Of a stretch of DNA of 64,000 nt, positions 42,308 through 53,067 are shown piece by piece (position 1 is the stretch's first letter; each line of letters opens with the position of its first letter). The stretch is from NCBI GenBank assembly GCA_965242485.1, contig CBDESM010000003.1:1549362-1613361 (forward strand), given 5' to 3'. The translations under genes were made by a program, and so were the position numbers. Origin of the DNA: Dehalococcoidia bacterium (lineage in GTDB: Bacteria; Chloroflexota; Dehalococcoidia; Bin125). A model generated the notes under the pieces. The model saw nothing but the letters and a program-made list of their open reading frames with translations, was not told the origin of the DNA and searched no databases.

Positions 42308-42625
42308 ATGCCGCCGGACGTTGACGAGCTGGATTGGAGTGCCGACATTCCGTCGAAGCTCGGACGACACGGCTTGACGACCGACGATGCGCAGGACGTG
42401 TTCAGAATCCGTCCGCTGCTCGCGTGGCAGAAGGAGGAATGGCAGTTGGGAGACGATGGACTGCTCCGTCTGAGGCCTCGACGCGTCAGGATGATCGGCC
42501 CTGACTACTCGGGGCGCTTCCTGACGTTTATCCTTGAAGCACCGGACGATCGTCGCGTGTCACAGATCGTCTCGGGCTGGCCGGCTACGCGGCGCGACAT
42601 CGCCCGCTACCGCCGAGCCAGATGA
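42308..42625 (+). CDS. brnT: BrnT-like (DUF497) toxin of a type II toxin-antitoxin module
   Basis: GRHGLTTDDAQDVF and GRFLTFILEAPDDRRVSQIVSGWPATRRDIARY resemble the BrnT family; toxin-first gene order. Confidence 0.55.
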   Translation: MPPDVDELDWSADIPSKLGRHGLTTDDAQDVFRIRPLLAWQKEEWQLGDDGLLRLRPRRVRMIGPDYSGRFLTFILEAPDDRRVSQIVSGWPATRRDIARYRRAR

Positions 42626-42641
42626 TCCGCGCGACTGCACA

Positions 42642-42929
42642 ATGACCGACTACGACGACTGCATCTGCCCGAATGACAGCAGGGACCACCTCCCCCACTG
42701 CGCCTTCGCCGATGAGGACCAATGGGAAGAGGGCGAGATCATCGAAGGCAAGACCGTGAGGATGCATGTGCGCGCCGTTTTCGAAGGCGACGAGTACCGC
42801 GCTTTCTCGGCGATGATGCGCGCGAACGGCGAGTGGCATCCCAACCGCTATCTCAAAGACTTGGCGATGCGCGCCATCGAGGAATGGCAGGCAGTGCCGC
42901 AGCACTCTGCCGTCGCGGAGGGCGACTGA
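42642..42929 (+). CDS. BrnA-like ribbon-helix-helix antitoxin paralog 1 with Cys/His-rich acidic N-terminal extension
   Basis: DDCICPNDSRDHLPHC N-terminal segment, C-terminal RHH (KTVRMHVRAVFEGDEYRAFSAMMRANGEWHPNRYLKDLAMRAIEEW). Confidence 0.5.
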   Translation: MTDYDDCICPNDSRDHLPHCAFADEDQWEEGEIIEGKTVRMHVRAVFEGDEYRAFSAMMRANGEWHPNRYLKDLAMRAIEEWQAVPQHSAVAEGD

Positions 42930-42935
42930 CCGGGC

Positions 42936-43232
42936 ATGCCTGCTACCGCTGATCCGGGCTGTCGTCTAGACGACTGCATTTGCCCGGCAGACAGACGGGA
43001 TCACCGGCCCGATTGCCCGTATTCCGATATCGGGCTCTGGGACGACGAAGAAGATGGCGTTGGCATGATCGTACGGGTCCCGTTCGAGCAGCAGCAGTAC
43101 GGCGCGCTCCGCGCGATGATGCGCGCGCATGGCGAGGACAACCCCAACCGTTTCGTTCGAGACATGATGCTCCGCGCTATCGAGGAATGGCAGGCGGTGC
43201 CGCCGCACTCCGCCGTCGCGGAGGGCGACTGA
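42936..43232 (+). CDS. BrnA-like antitoxin paralog 2 (diverged copy)
   Basis: DDCICPADRRDHRPDC ... MIVRVPFEQQQYGALRAMMRAHGEDNPNRFVRDMMLRAIEEW. Confidence 0.5.
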   Translation: MPATADPGCRLDDCICPADRRDHRPDCPYSDIGLWDDEEDGVGMIVRVPFEQQQYGALRAMMRAHGEDNPNRFVRDMMLRAIEEWQAVPPHSAVAEGD

Positions 43233-43238
43233 CCGGGC

Positions 43239-43547
43239 ATGGCCTCCGCTGTTGATCTGGAAGATCGCCTAGACGACTGCATCTGCCCGAATGACAGCAG
43301 GGACCACCTCCCCCACTGCGCCTTCGCCGATGAGGACCAATGGGAAGAGGGCGAGATCATCGAAGGCAAGACCGTGAGGATGCATGTGCGCGCCGTTTTC
43401 GAAGGCGACGAGTACCGTGCTTTCTCGGCGATGATGCGCGCGAACGGCGAGTGGCATCCCAACCGCTATCTCAAGGACTTGGCGATGCGCGCCGTCGAGG
43501 AGTGGCAGGCGGTGCCGCCACATTCCGCTGTTGCGGAGACTGATTAG
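43239..43547 (+). CDS. BrnA-like antitoxin paralog 3 (near-identical to paralog 1)
   Basis: Near-identical DNA to 42650-42930. Confidence 0.5.
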   Translation: MASAVDLEDRLDDCICPNDSRDHLPHCAFADEDQWEEGEIIEGKTVRMHVRAVFEGDEYRAFSAMMRANGEWHPNRYLKDLAMRAVEEWQAVPPHSAVAETD

Positions 43548-43554
43548 CGGGGGC

Positions 43555-44250
43555 TCAGGGCTCGCGCATGCTGGCTACTACGGGGGCGGCCTTGGCGCGG
43601 ACTTGGTCGAAGACCTCTTCGACCGAGCCGCGGGCGTCGACTACGTCGAAGCCGTAGCGGTCCGACATTTCGCGGAACTCGGCGATCATCTTGCCCTGGT
43701 GTTGCACGAACGCGTCGTGGATCGACGCCCCCTGCAGGTAGTCGCCGCCCGACTCCCAGTAGTCGAACCCGCGCTCCAGCACCCGCAGCACGAGCTGATC
43801 GACGTCGATGTCGAGGTAGATCACCTGGTCCGGCACCAGCGCGAACGAGTAGACGTCTTCCAGCCAGGCCCGCGGCGCACCGCGCACCGTCGCGCGCGCG
43901 ATCAGCGAGAAGATGTAGCGGTCGACCAGCGCAACCATGCCCGCGCGCAGCGCCGGCAGCACGATCCTCTCGAAGCGGTCCCAGAAATCGGTCGCGTAGA
44001 ACAAATTCAGCGTGATCGGGTCCAGCGTGTGCCCGCGCTTGGCCCGCTCGATCCCCGGCCCGACCAGCGGCGAGCGCCGCAGGCCGCTGTCGACGACGCC
44101 GAACCCTTCCGCCTCGAGCCATTCCTTCAGCAGCGAGATCGCGGTCGAGCGGCCCACTCCGTCGGTGCCCTCGATCACGATCATCCGGCCCGGCAGGTCG
44201 GCCGTGCCGACGCCCGGCGGCGGGTCGCCGTAGAAGCGCAGGTCGGTCAT
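43555..44250 (-). CDS. Thymidylate kinase-like P-loop kinase (paralog 2)
   Basis: P-loop IEGTDGVGRST and DRY lid motif; tandem with a paralog. Confidence 0.55.
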   Translation of the reverse strand: MTDLRFYGDPPPGVGTADLPGRMIVIEGTDGVGRSTAISLLKEWLEAEGFGVVDSGLRRSPLVGPGIERAKRGHTLDPITLNLFYATDFWDRFERIVLPALRAGMVALVDRYIFSLIARATVRGAPRAWLEDVYSFALVPDQVIYLDIDVDQLVLRVLERGFDYWESGGDYLQGASIHDAFVQHQGKMIAEFREMSDRYGFDVVDARGSVEEVFDQVRAKAAPVVASMREP

Positions 44251-44260
44251 CGCGCCCGCC

Positions 44261-45055
44261 TCACGATCGCGTCTCGCGGCGCGCGCCGACATCGGGCAGG
44301 TACACCCCTTGCAGCCCCGTCGCCTTGAGCAGCTCCGGGATCTCGTGCGGCTGCCGCCGCGGCAGCCCTTCCAAGTGCGGCGCCACGATCGCCCGCAGCT
44401 TCGCCTGCTGCGCGACGAGCGTGTCGGTCGCGTCGATCCGCTGGATGTCGAACTCTTCGCACAGCGCTTCGTACTCGGCCACGATCCGGCCTTGGAAGAT
44501 GCGGAACGATTCGACGATGTCCTCGCTCAGCCCCATGTCGAGGCCGGCTTCGTAGTACTGGATCGCCTCCCGCGCCGACGAGATCCGCGAGATCGATTCC
44601 TCCAGCGGCACGTCGAAATAGAACGCCAGCGTCGGCGGCACCGCGAACGAGTACAGATCGCGCACCCAGCCGCGGTTGACCCCGCGCGCCGCATCCCGGG
44701 CGAACGCGGTGTAGACGTAGCGGTCGGCCAGCACGATCACGCCGGATTGCAGCGCCGGCAGGATCTGCTCGTAGGTCCGCGAGGCGAAGTCGGCGGCGTG
44801 GATCAGGCTGAAGCTCATCGGCGTCAGCAGCCGCCGCCGCTTCCCCCGCCGCGTCGTGCCGCGCACGATCGGGGCCGAGTTCCAAGTCGTGAAGACGGTG
44901 ACGTAGCCCTCGGCCCGCAGCCATTTGTGCAGCAGGTCCAGCTGCGTGCTCTTGCCCGAGCCGTCGATTCCCTCGACGACGATCAACTTGCCGGGCAGCG
45001 CCGAATGGTCGACATCGGCCGGATGGGGCATCCCGGTGCCGGCGTGCTGGGTCAT
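44261..45055 (-). CDS. Thymidylate kinase-like P-loop kinase (paralog 1)
   Basis: P-loop VEGIDGSGKST and DRY motif. Confidence 0.55.
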   Translation of the reverse strand: MTQHAGTGMPHPADVDHSALPGKLIVVEGIDGSGKSTQLDLLHKWLRAEGYVTVFTTWNSAPIVRGTTRRGKRRRLLTPMSFSLIHAADFASRTYEQILPALQSGVIVLADRYVYTAFARDAARGVNRGWVRDLYSFAVPPTLAFYFDVPLEESISRISSAREAIQYYEAGLDMGLSEDIVESFRIFQGRIVAEYEALCEEFDIQRIDATDTLVAQQAKLRAIVAPHLEGLPRRQPHEIPELLKATGLQGVYLPDVGARRETRS

Positions 45056-45131
45056 GCGGCCATCATCGCAGTTCGGGCCGCTTGCCGGGAATGCGGCTGG
45101 TTGGCGGCGGAGCGGAATCGCGGAGGGGCGA

Positions 45132-45207
<76 letters not shown>

Positions 45208-45274
45208 ACTGCGACGGGCGCCGCGAGGGCGGAACCGGACACGCCCCAATCCTACATCGCCCGCGAGCCGCCGT

Positions 45275-45835
45275 TCAATCGGCGCGATCCGCGATCCGCC
45301 CGCCGCGTCCGCCGCGCGCGTCCGCAGATTGCCCGACCTGCGGCTCCAGCCCGTCCGGCAGGTCCACGACCATCCGCCCGGCCGCGGCATCGACCTCCAC
45401 GACCACGTCCCGCAGCGCCGGAATCAGCAGATCGCGCTGCTCCTTGCGCGAGACGACGTAGACGTCGTTCGCCCCCGTCTGCAGCACCTCCGACACGGTG
45501 CCGATTGACTGCCCGTCCCGCGAGACGACGGCGATCCCCTCGATCTGATCGATGTACCAGGCCCCTTCTTCGGGAATCTCGCCGTCCGGAATCTCGATCA
45601 GCAGGTTTCGCAGTTCCTCCGCCGCCTCGCGCCCGGCCACGCCGTCGATCTTGAAGTAGACCCGGTCCTTGTGCCAGCGCGACTGCCGCACGGTGCGGGG
45701 GCGTTGCCCGATGAATACCGTGGCGCCCGGTTCGAACCGTTCCGGGTAGTCGGTGAGCGGCCGAGCCTTCAGTTCGCCCTTGAGGCCGGCGGGCCGCTCG
45801 ACCAGGCCGATGGCGCGGAAGCCCGGCCGCGGCAT
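45275..45835 (-). CDS. rimM: 16S rRNA processing protein RimM
   Basis: RimM N-terminal barrel plus PRC domain; conserved position after rpsP/KH. Confidence 0.75.
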   Translation of the reverse strand: MPRPGFRAIGLVERPAGLKGELKARPLTDYPERFEPGATVFIGQRPRTVRQSRWHKDRVYFKIDGVAGREAAEELRNLLIEIPDGEIPEEGAWYIDQIEGIAVVSRDGQSIGTVSEVLQTGANDVYVVSRKEQRDLLIPALRDVVVEVDAAAGRMVVDLPDGLEPQVGQSADARGGRGGRIADRAD

Positions 45836-45872
45836 CCGCAGCGGCTCGCGCCGCGCCGCCACGCCGGCTGCC

Positions 45873-46121
45873 TCAGCGGATTTCCAGCGAGGCGTCGACC
45901 CCCCGCGCATGCCCCGAGACCGAGAGCAGCGTCCGCATCGCGCTGGCCAGCCGCCCGTCGCGCCCGATGATCCGCCCCATGTCGTCCTCGCCCACCTCGA
46001 GTTGGACCAAGACGCGGCTGCCGGGTTCGGGCTCCCCGTCTCCGTCCCCCTCCACCGTGATCGCGACCGCGTCCGGGTCGTCGACGATCCACTTGGCCAC
46101 GTAGTCGATCAGCTTTTCCAT
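45873..46121 (-). CDS. KH domain RNA-binding protein (YlqC/UPF0109)
   Basis: IGRIIGRDGR KH motif; between rpsP and rimM. Confidence 0.75.
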   Translation of the reverse strand: MEKLIDYVAKWIVDDPDAVAITVEGDGDGEPEPGSRVLVQLEVGEDDMGRIIGRDGRLASAMRTLLSVSGHARGVDASLEIR

Positions 46122-46125
46122 CGTG

Positions 46126-46437
46126 CTACTCCGCCGCCGCTGCCGCCGCGGCGCGCTTGAGGTCGGAACGCTTGCTGCGCGGCTTCGCCACCAGCGGATC
46201 GATCAGCCCCTCTTTGGCGAGGAAGCGGTGCACCGTCTCCGTCGGCTGCGCGCCCTTGCCCAGCCAGTGGCGGGCGCGCTCGTGATCGACGTTGAAGACC
46301 GGCTGCTCGGGCAGCGGGTCGTACTGCCCCAGGATTTCGACGAATCCGCCGTCGCGCGGGGCGCGGCTGTCCTGCACGACGACGCGGTAGAAGGGCCGGC
46401 CTTTGCGGCCGTGGCGGGCGAGTCGGATTTTCAGCAT
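46126..46437 (-). CDS. rpsP: 30S ribosomal protein S16
   Basis: MLKIRLARHGRKGRPFYRVVV N-terminus. Confidence 0.9.
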   Translation of the reverse strand: MLKIRLARHGRKGRPFYRVVVQDSRAPRDGGFVEILGQYDPLPEQPVFNVDHERARHWLGKGAQPTETVHRFLAKEGLIDPLVAKPRSKRSDLKRAAAAAAAE

Positions 46438-46460
46438 CGGATCTGCTCCTCGGGAACTGC

Positions 46461-47801
46461 TCAGCGGGCTCGGGCGCCGGCCAGTCCGGCCGGCATCTTC
46501 CCGCTCGCCAGCTGCTTCATCAGCTTCTTCGCTTGCTTGTACTGGTTCAGGAGCTGGCTCACCTCTTGGGTCGAGGTCCCGCTCCCGTTCGCGATCCGCC
46601 GCCGCCGCGAGCCGCGGATGATCTCCGGCTTGCGCCGCTCCTCCGGCGTCATCGACGACACGATCGCCTCGAACTGCTTGAAGTAATCATCGTCGAGTTC
46701 ATCTACTTCCAATTGCTTCTTGACGTTCCCCAAGCCGGGGATCATGTTCAGCAGCTGACTCAGCGTACCCATGTTGCGCACGCGGTCAATCTGCTCCATG
46801 AAGTCCTCGAGGTTGAAATCGCCGTCGCGCATCCGCCGCTGCATCTGCTTGGCGTCGGCCTCGCCGAATTCGGCCTGCGCCCTCTCGGCCAGGGTCGCCA
46901 TGTCGCCGCGCCCGAGGATGCGCGAGGCGAGGCGGTCGGGGTGGAACGCCTCCAGCGCGTCGGGCCGCTCGCCGACGCCGAGGAAGCGGATCGGCGCGCC
47001 CGTCACGGAGCGGATCGAGAGCGCCGCCCCGCCGCGCGCGTCGCCGTCCATCTTCGACAGGATCACGCCGGTGATCCCGACCGCCTCGTGGAAGGCCGAG
47101 GCCGCGTTGACGGCGTCCTGCCCCGACATCGCGTCGGCGACCAGCAGCACCTCCGACGGCTCGAAGCGATCGCGCAGCTCGCGGATCTCGTCCATCATCG
47201 CCTCGTCGACGTGCAGCCGCCCCGCCGTGTCCACGATCACGGTTCCCGCGCCGGCCGAGGCCGCGTGCTCCAGCCCCCGCTCGACGATCCGCCGCGGCGT
47301 TTCCTCCGCGCCGAGCTCGAAGACCTCGATGTCGAGCTGCGCGCCGAGCTGCTTCAGCTGCTCGATCGCCGCCGGGCGGTAGACGTCGGCCGCGATCAGC
47401 AGCGGCCGCTCGCCGCTCCTGCGCGCGCGCAGCGCCAGCTTGGCGCAGGTCGTGGTCTTGCCGGAGCCTTGCAGGCCGACGATCAGCACGATCGTCGCTC
47501 CCTGCGAGGCCCGCTGCAGCTTGGCCGACTCCTCGCCGAGCAGCGCGATCAGCTCGTCGTTGATGATCTCGATCAGCCGGTTGAGCGGCGTCGTGCTGCG
47601 CAGCACTTCGTCGGTCGCGGCCCGCGCGCGCACCGCCTTGATGTAGTCGCGCGCCACCTTGTAGTTGACGTCCGCCTCGAGCAGCGCCATCCGCACTTCG
47701 CGCAGCGCCGCGTCCAAATCCTGCTCCGAGAGCGTGCCGCGACGGCCGACGGATTGGAAGACCCCCTGCAGTTTCGCGCTCAGCGCGTCGAACATCGCCA
47801 T
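46461..47801 (-). CDS. ffh: Signal recognition particle protein Ffh
   Basis: N domain, SRP GTPase G domain (GLQGSGKTT), Met-rich M domain. Confidence 0.9.
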   Translation of the reverse strand: MAMFDALSAKLQGVFQSVGRRGTLSEQDLDAALREVRMALLEADVNYKVARDYIKAVRARAATDEVLRSTTPLNRLIEIINDELIALLGEESAKLQRASQGATIVLIVGLQGSGKTTTCAKLALRARRSGERPLLIAADVYRPAAIEQLKQLGAQLDIEVFELGAEETPRRIVERGLEHAASAGAGTVIVDTAGRLHVDEAMMDEIRELRDRFEPSEVLLVADAMSGQDAVNAASAFHEAVGITGVILSKMDGDARGGAALSIRSVTGAPIRFLGVGERPDALEAFHPDRLASRILGRGDMATLAERAQAEFGEADAKQMQRRMRDGDFNLEDFMEQIDRVRNMGTLSQLLNMIPGLGNVKKQLEVDELDDDYFKQFEAIVSSMTPEERRKPEIIRGSRRRRIANGSGTSTQEVSQLLNQYKQAKKLMKQLASGKMPAGLAGARAR

Positions 47802-47841
47802 GGCGCGACTGTACCCGTCCCGGCGCGGCGGTCGGCCCGGC

Positions 47842-48864
<1,023 letters not shown>

Positions 48865-48949
48865 GGTTCCTGCTCTCGCTGCGCGGATGGACTCCCGAAA
48901 GGTTGCCAGCGCGGGCGCGTTGGCACAACCGCGCCGCCCGCCCTCCCGC

Positions 48950-49861
48950 TCAGAGCAGGATGCGCTTGGGCGCGCCCGACGGCTGGCGGCGGAAATTGTC
49001 GATCAACAGCCGCTGGCGTCCCGCGTCGCTGATCCACTCGGCCCGGCAGCGGCCCGGCTGATCGTTCAGCTGGATCGAGAGCCGGTGCAGCCGCTGGTAC
49101 TCGGCGCGGTCCTCGGCCTCCGCGGCGAACAGGCCCGAGCCGATCGCGAAGCGGCACTGGCGTTCCTGCAGGAGGCGCTGCCAGCCGAGCAGCAGCTGGG
49201 CCCAGCCGCAGTGGAAGCGCGGCTCGGCCCAGGAGACGGCGAGCCGCTTGTCGTGCGATTCCGCGGCCGAGAGCAGGGCCGAGGGGCCGAAATGCGAGCG
49301 GGCCAGCTCGGCCGCGGCGCGGTAGGCCGCGCCGGTCTCCTCCGACATCGCGATCTGCTGCCCCGCCATGTACTGGCCCATCGCGACGTCGGTCGCGCGC
49401 AGCTCCGGGTGCGGCCCCCAGCCGCCCTGCGGGTCGCCGCGCAGCCAGTCCTCGAACTCGATTTGCTCCTCGCCGACCACGGCCTGCTCCGCGCCGAGCC
49501 ACTCGAAGGCGGAGCGCAGCAGCGGCAGGCAGGAGCCGTAGGACGCCCCCGCGGTGAGGGCGAGCAGATCGATCCCGGCGAGATGCACGCGGGACCAGAA
49601 CAGCAGCGCCGAGGCGAAGCGTCGGTTGCGGTGCTTCGAGTGCGTGCTGCCGGCGACGATCCGCCGCTGCAGGTTGAGCGTGTCGAGCAGCCACTTCAGG
49701 TCCGGCCCCAGCGCGAAGCCGGTCTCGCGGAAGGCGTCGCGGACGGACTGCGGCGCATCGGGCGGTGCTTTCGGGAGCGCCAACGGCTGATCGCCGAGCG
49801 TGATCGGCGAAATCCGCTGCCTCGGCGCCGGCCGCTCGGCCCCGCCGGCCGCTTCGTTCAC
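48950..49861 (-). CDS. Hypothetical protein
   Basis: 304-aa ORF; GTG start overlapping the upstream gene's stop (GTGA); no recognisable domain. Confidence 0.4.
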   Translation of the reverse strand: MNEAAGGAERPAPRQRISPITLGDQPLALPKAPPDAPQSVRDAFRETGFALGPDLKWLLDTLNLQRRIVAGSTHSKHRNRRFASALLFWSRVHLAGIDLLALTAGASYGSCLPLLRSAFEWLGAEQAVVGEEQIEFEDWLRGDPQGGWGPHPELRATDVAMGQYMAGQQIAMSEETGAAYRAAAELARSHFGPSALLSAAESHDKRLAVSWAEPRFHCGWAQLLLGWQRLLQERQCRFAIGSGLFAAEAEDRAEYQRLHRLSIQLNDQPGRCRAEWISDAGRQRLLIDNFRRQPSGAPKRILL

Positions 49862-50382
49862 TGATCGCCCGCCTCCGGCATCACCCGTTCCAAGTACTCG
49901 ATCAAGCGCCGCCCCTGATGTTCGACGAACGGCCGATCCGGGTGCCAGCTCCAGAACTCGCGCACGACTTCCAGCGTCGACCAGAGGTTGGTTTCGCCGT
50001 TCTCGACGATCTGCGCGCAGCGCCGCGCGATGTCGTCGCAGGTCCAGAGCATCGGGCGCAGATCGTCCAGTTTGCCGACGGTCTGCGTCATCGCCTGCAT
50101 CAGCCGTCCGGAGGTATCGAACGGCATGCCTTCGTCGTGGAATTTGGCCCGCAGGGCGAGCACTTCGGGCAGGTCGACGCTGCGGGCGGGAGGGCGGTCG
50201 GGCGGCTCGATCGGGGCCGGCCCGTCGTCTTCCGGCATCGCGGCGAGCGCGGCGCTCCAGCTCGACGACGGCGCAGCCCGCAGCTCGCGGTAGAGCAGCA
50301 GGCCGCCGGAACCGTCGCGCCACCAGGCGCTAAGCCGTTCGAGGTTGGTCTGCCCGAGATGGGGAGCGGAGGCGGCGGTCAC
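49858..50382 (-). CDS. Hypothetical protein
   Basis: About 174-aa ORF downstream of eno; start chosen at the first GTG after the eno stop. Confidence 0.35.
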   Translation of the reverse strand: MTAASAPHLGQTNLERLSAWWRDGSGGLLLYRELRAAPSSSWSAALAAMPEDDGPAPIEPPDRPPARSVDLPEVLALRAKFHDEGMPFDTSGRLMQAMTQTVGKLDDLRPMLWTCDDIARRCAQIVENGETNLWSTLEVVREFWSWHPDRPFVEHQGRRLIEYLERVMPEAGDQ

Positions 50383-50434
50383 GCGGGGGATGGTATCGCA
50401 GCCCGGCCGGATGCCCGCCGGGCAGGATCCGCCG

Positions 50435-51796
<1,362 letters not shown>

Positions 51797-52063
51797 CTAG
51801 ATGGGCAGATGCTTCGGTTAGGTTCCGCGCGGCCTCCCCGCTATCAGGCGACCAGATAGGAATCGGGCCCGCGCGCGTAAAATCCGCGTCCGATTCCGAG
51901 CCCCGTTACATGACCGCGTAGGGCTGCGCTCGGGCGCATTGGTACAGCGGAACCGCGCACGAATCACAGCCGCGCGAAGCCGCCCCAGGCCCCGCCTGAT
52001 GCAGCAGCCGAGCGCTCCGCCAACGACCCCCGTGCGCGCCACGCGGAAAGGACAGCGCGCCTC

Positions 52064-53047
52064 ATGCAGCCCGAGATCAAGCAGTTCCTGACCTACCTCA
52101 CGACCGAGAAGGGCGCGTCCGCGCACACCATCTCGGCCTATCGCAACGACCTCAACCAGTTCCGCACCTTCTGCGCGGACCAGTCGCGCGGCCTCGTCGC
52201 CGCCTCCGCCGGCAACGGCGCGAACGGGAACGGCCGCAACGGGCACGCCAACGGCAACGGGGCCGCCAAGTCCTGCGACAGCGTCGACGCCGTCGACGCC
52301 AACATGCTCACCGCCTACGTCGCCCACCTGCGCGAGCAGGGCTACGCCCAGGCCACCGTCGCCCGCAAGGTCGCCGCGGTCAAGAGCTTCTTCGGCTACC
52401 TCTCGGCCGAGGAACTGGTCGCCGCCAACCCGGCCCGCGAGATGCCCGCCCCCCGCGTCGGCCGCTCGCTGCCGCGCGCGCTCTCGATCGACGAGGTGGA
52501 CGCGCTGCTCGAACAGCCCGGCCGCAAGGACACCCCGGAGGCGCAGCGCGACCGCGCGATGCTCGAGCTGCTCTACGCGACCGGCGTCCGCGTCTCCGAG
52601 TTCGTCAACCTCGACCTGACCTCGGTCGAGCTGCGCAACGGCTCCGCCTCCGTCCGCTGCATCGGCAAGGGCGACAAGGAGCGGCTGATCCCGATCCACG
52701 ACGCCGCCGTCTCGGCGCTCTGCACCTACCTCGAACAATCGCGCCCCAAGCTGGCGCGGCGGCGCGGCGAGCGGGCCCTCTTCGTCAACCGTCGCGGCGA
52801 GCGCCTCACCCGCCAGGGCATCTGGCTGATCCTCAAGAACTACGCCAAGGAAGCCGGCATCGACGACGTCACCCCGCACACCCTGCGCCACTCCTTCGCC
52901 ACCCACATGCTGCGCGGCCGCGCGCCCCTGCGCAGCGTCCAGGAGCTGATGGGCCACGCCAACATCTCGACCACGCAGATCTACACGCAGCTCACCGACG
53001 ACCACATCCGCGAGGTCTACGACCACGCCCACCCGCGCGCCAGCTGA
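52064..53047 (+). CDS. xerD: Tyrosine recombinase XerC/XerD
   Basis: SAM-like N domain; catalytic R..HxxR..Y (TPHTLRHSFATHML ... STTQIYT). Confidence 0.8.
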   Translation: MQPEIKQFLTYLTTEKGASAHTISAYRNDLNQFRTFCADQSRGLVAASAGNGANGNGRNGHANGNGAAKSCDSVDAVDANMLTAYVAHLREQGYAQATVARKVAAVKSFFGYLSAEELVAANPAREMPAPRVGRSLPRALSIDEVDALLEQPGRKDTPEAQRDRAMLELLYATGVRVSEFVNLDLTSVELRNGSASVRCIGKGDKERLIPIHDAAVSALCTYLEQSRPKLARRRGERALFVNRRGERLTRQGIWLILKNYAKEAGIDDVTPHTLRHSFATHMLRGRAPLRSVQELMGHANISTTQIYTQLTDDHIREVYDHAHPRAS

Positions 53048-53067
53048 CCGAATTCCGCCCCGGCGGC

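Noticed and set aside
41763-42625. ORFs (173, 135, 136, 137 and 230 aa) predicted through the tRNA-Phe repeat array
   Set aside because: They arise from translating tandem tRNA-fragment repeats (the repeated WWPGAESNCRHHAFGNGSQSC peptides); the region is non-coding repeat plus tRNA, and only the 3' part of the 230-aa ORF (BrnT-like, from 42308) is retained
52064-53047. XerC/D-like recombinase as the integrase of a mobile element
   Set aside because: No flanking direct repeats, cargo genes or compositional shift; it sits between eno and uvrC like a chromosomal dimer-resolution Xer, so it is not called a mobile element
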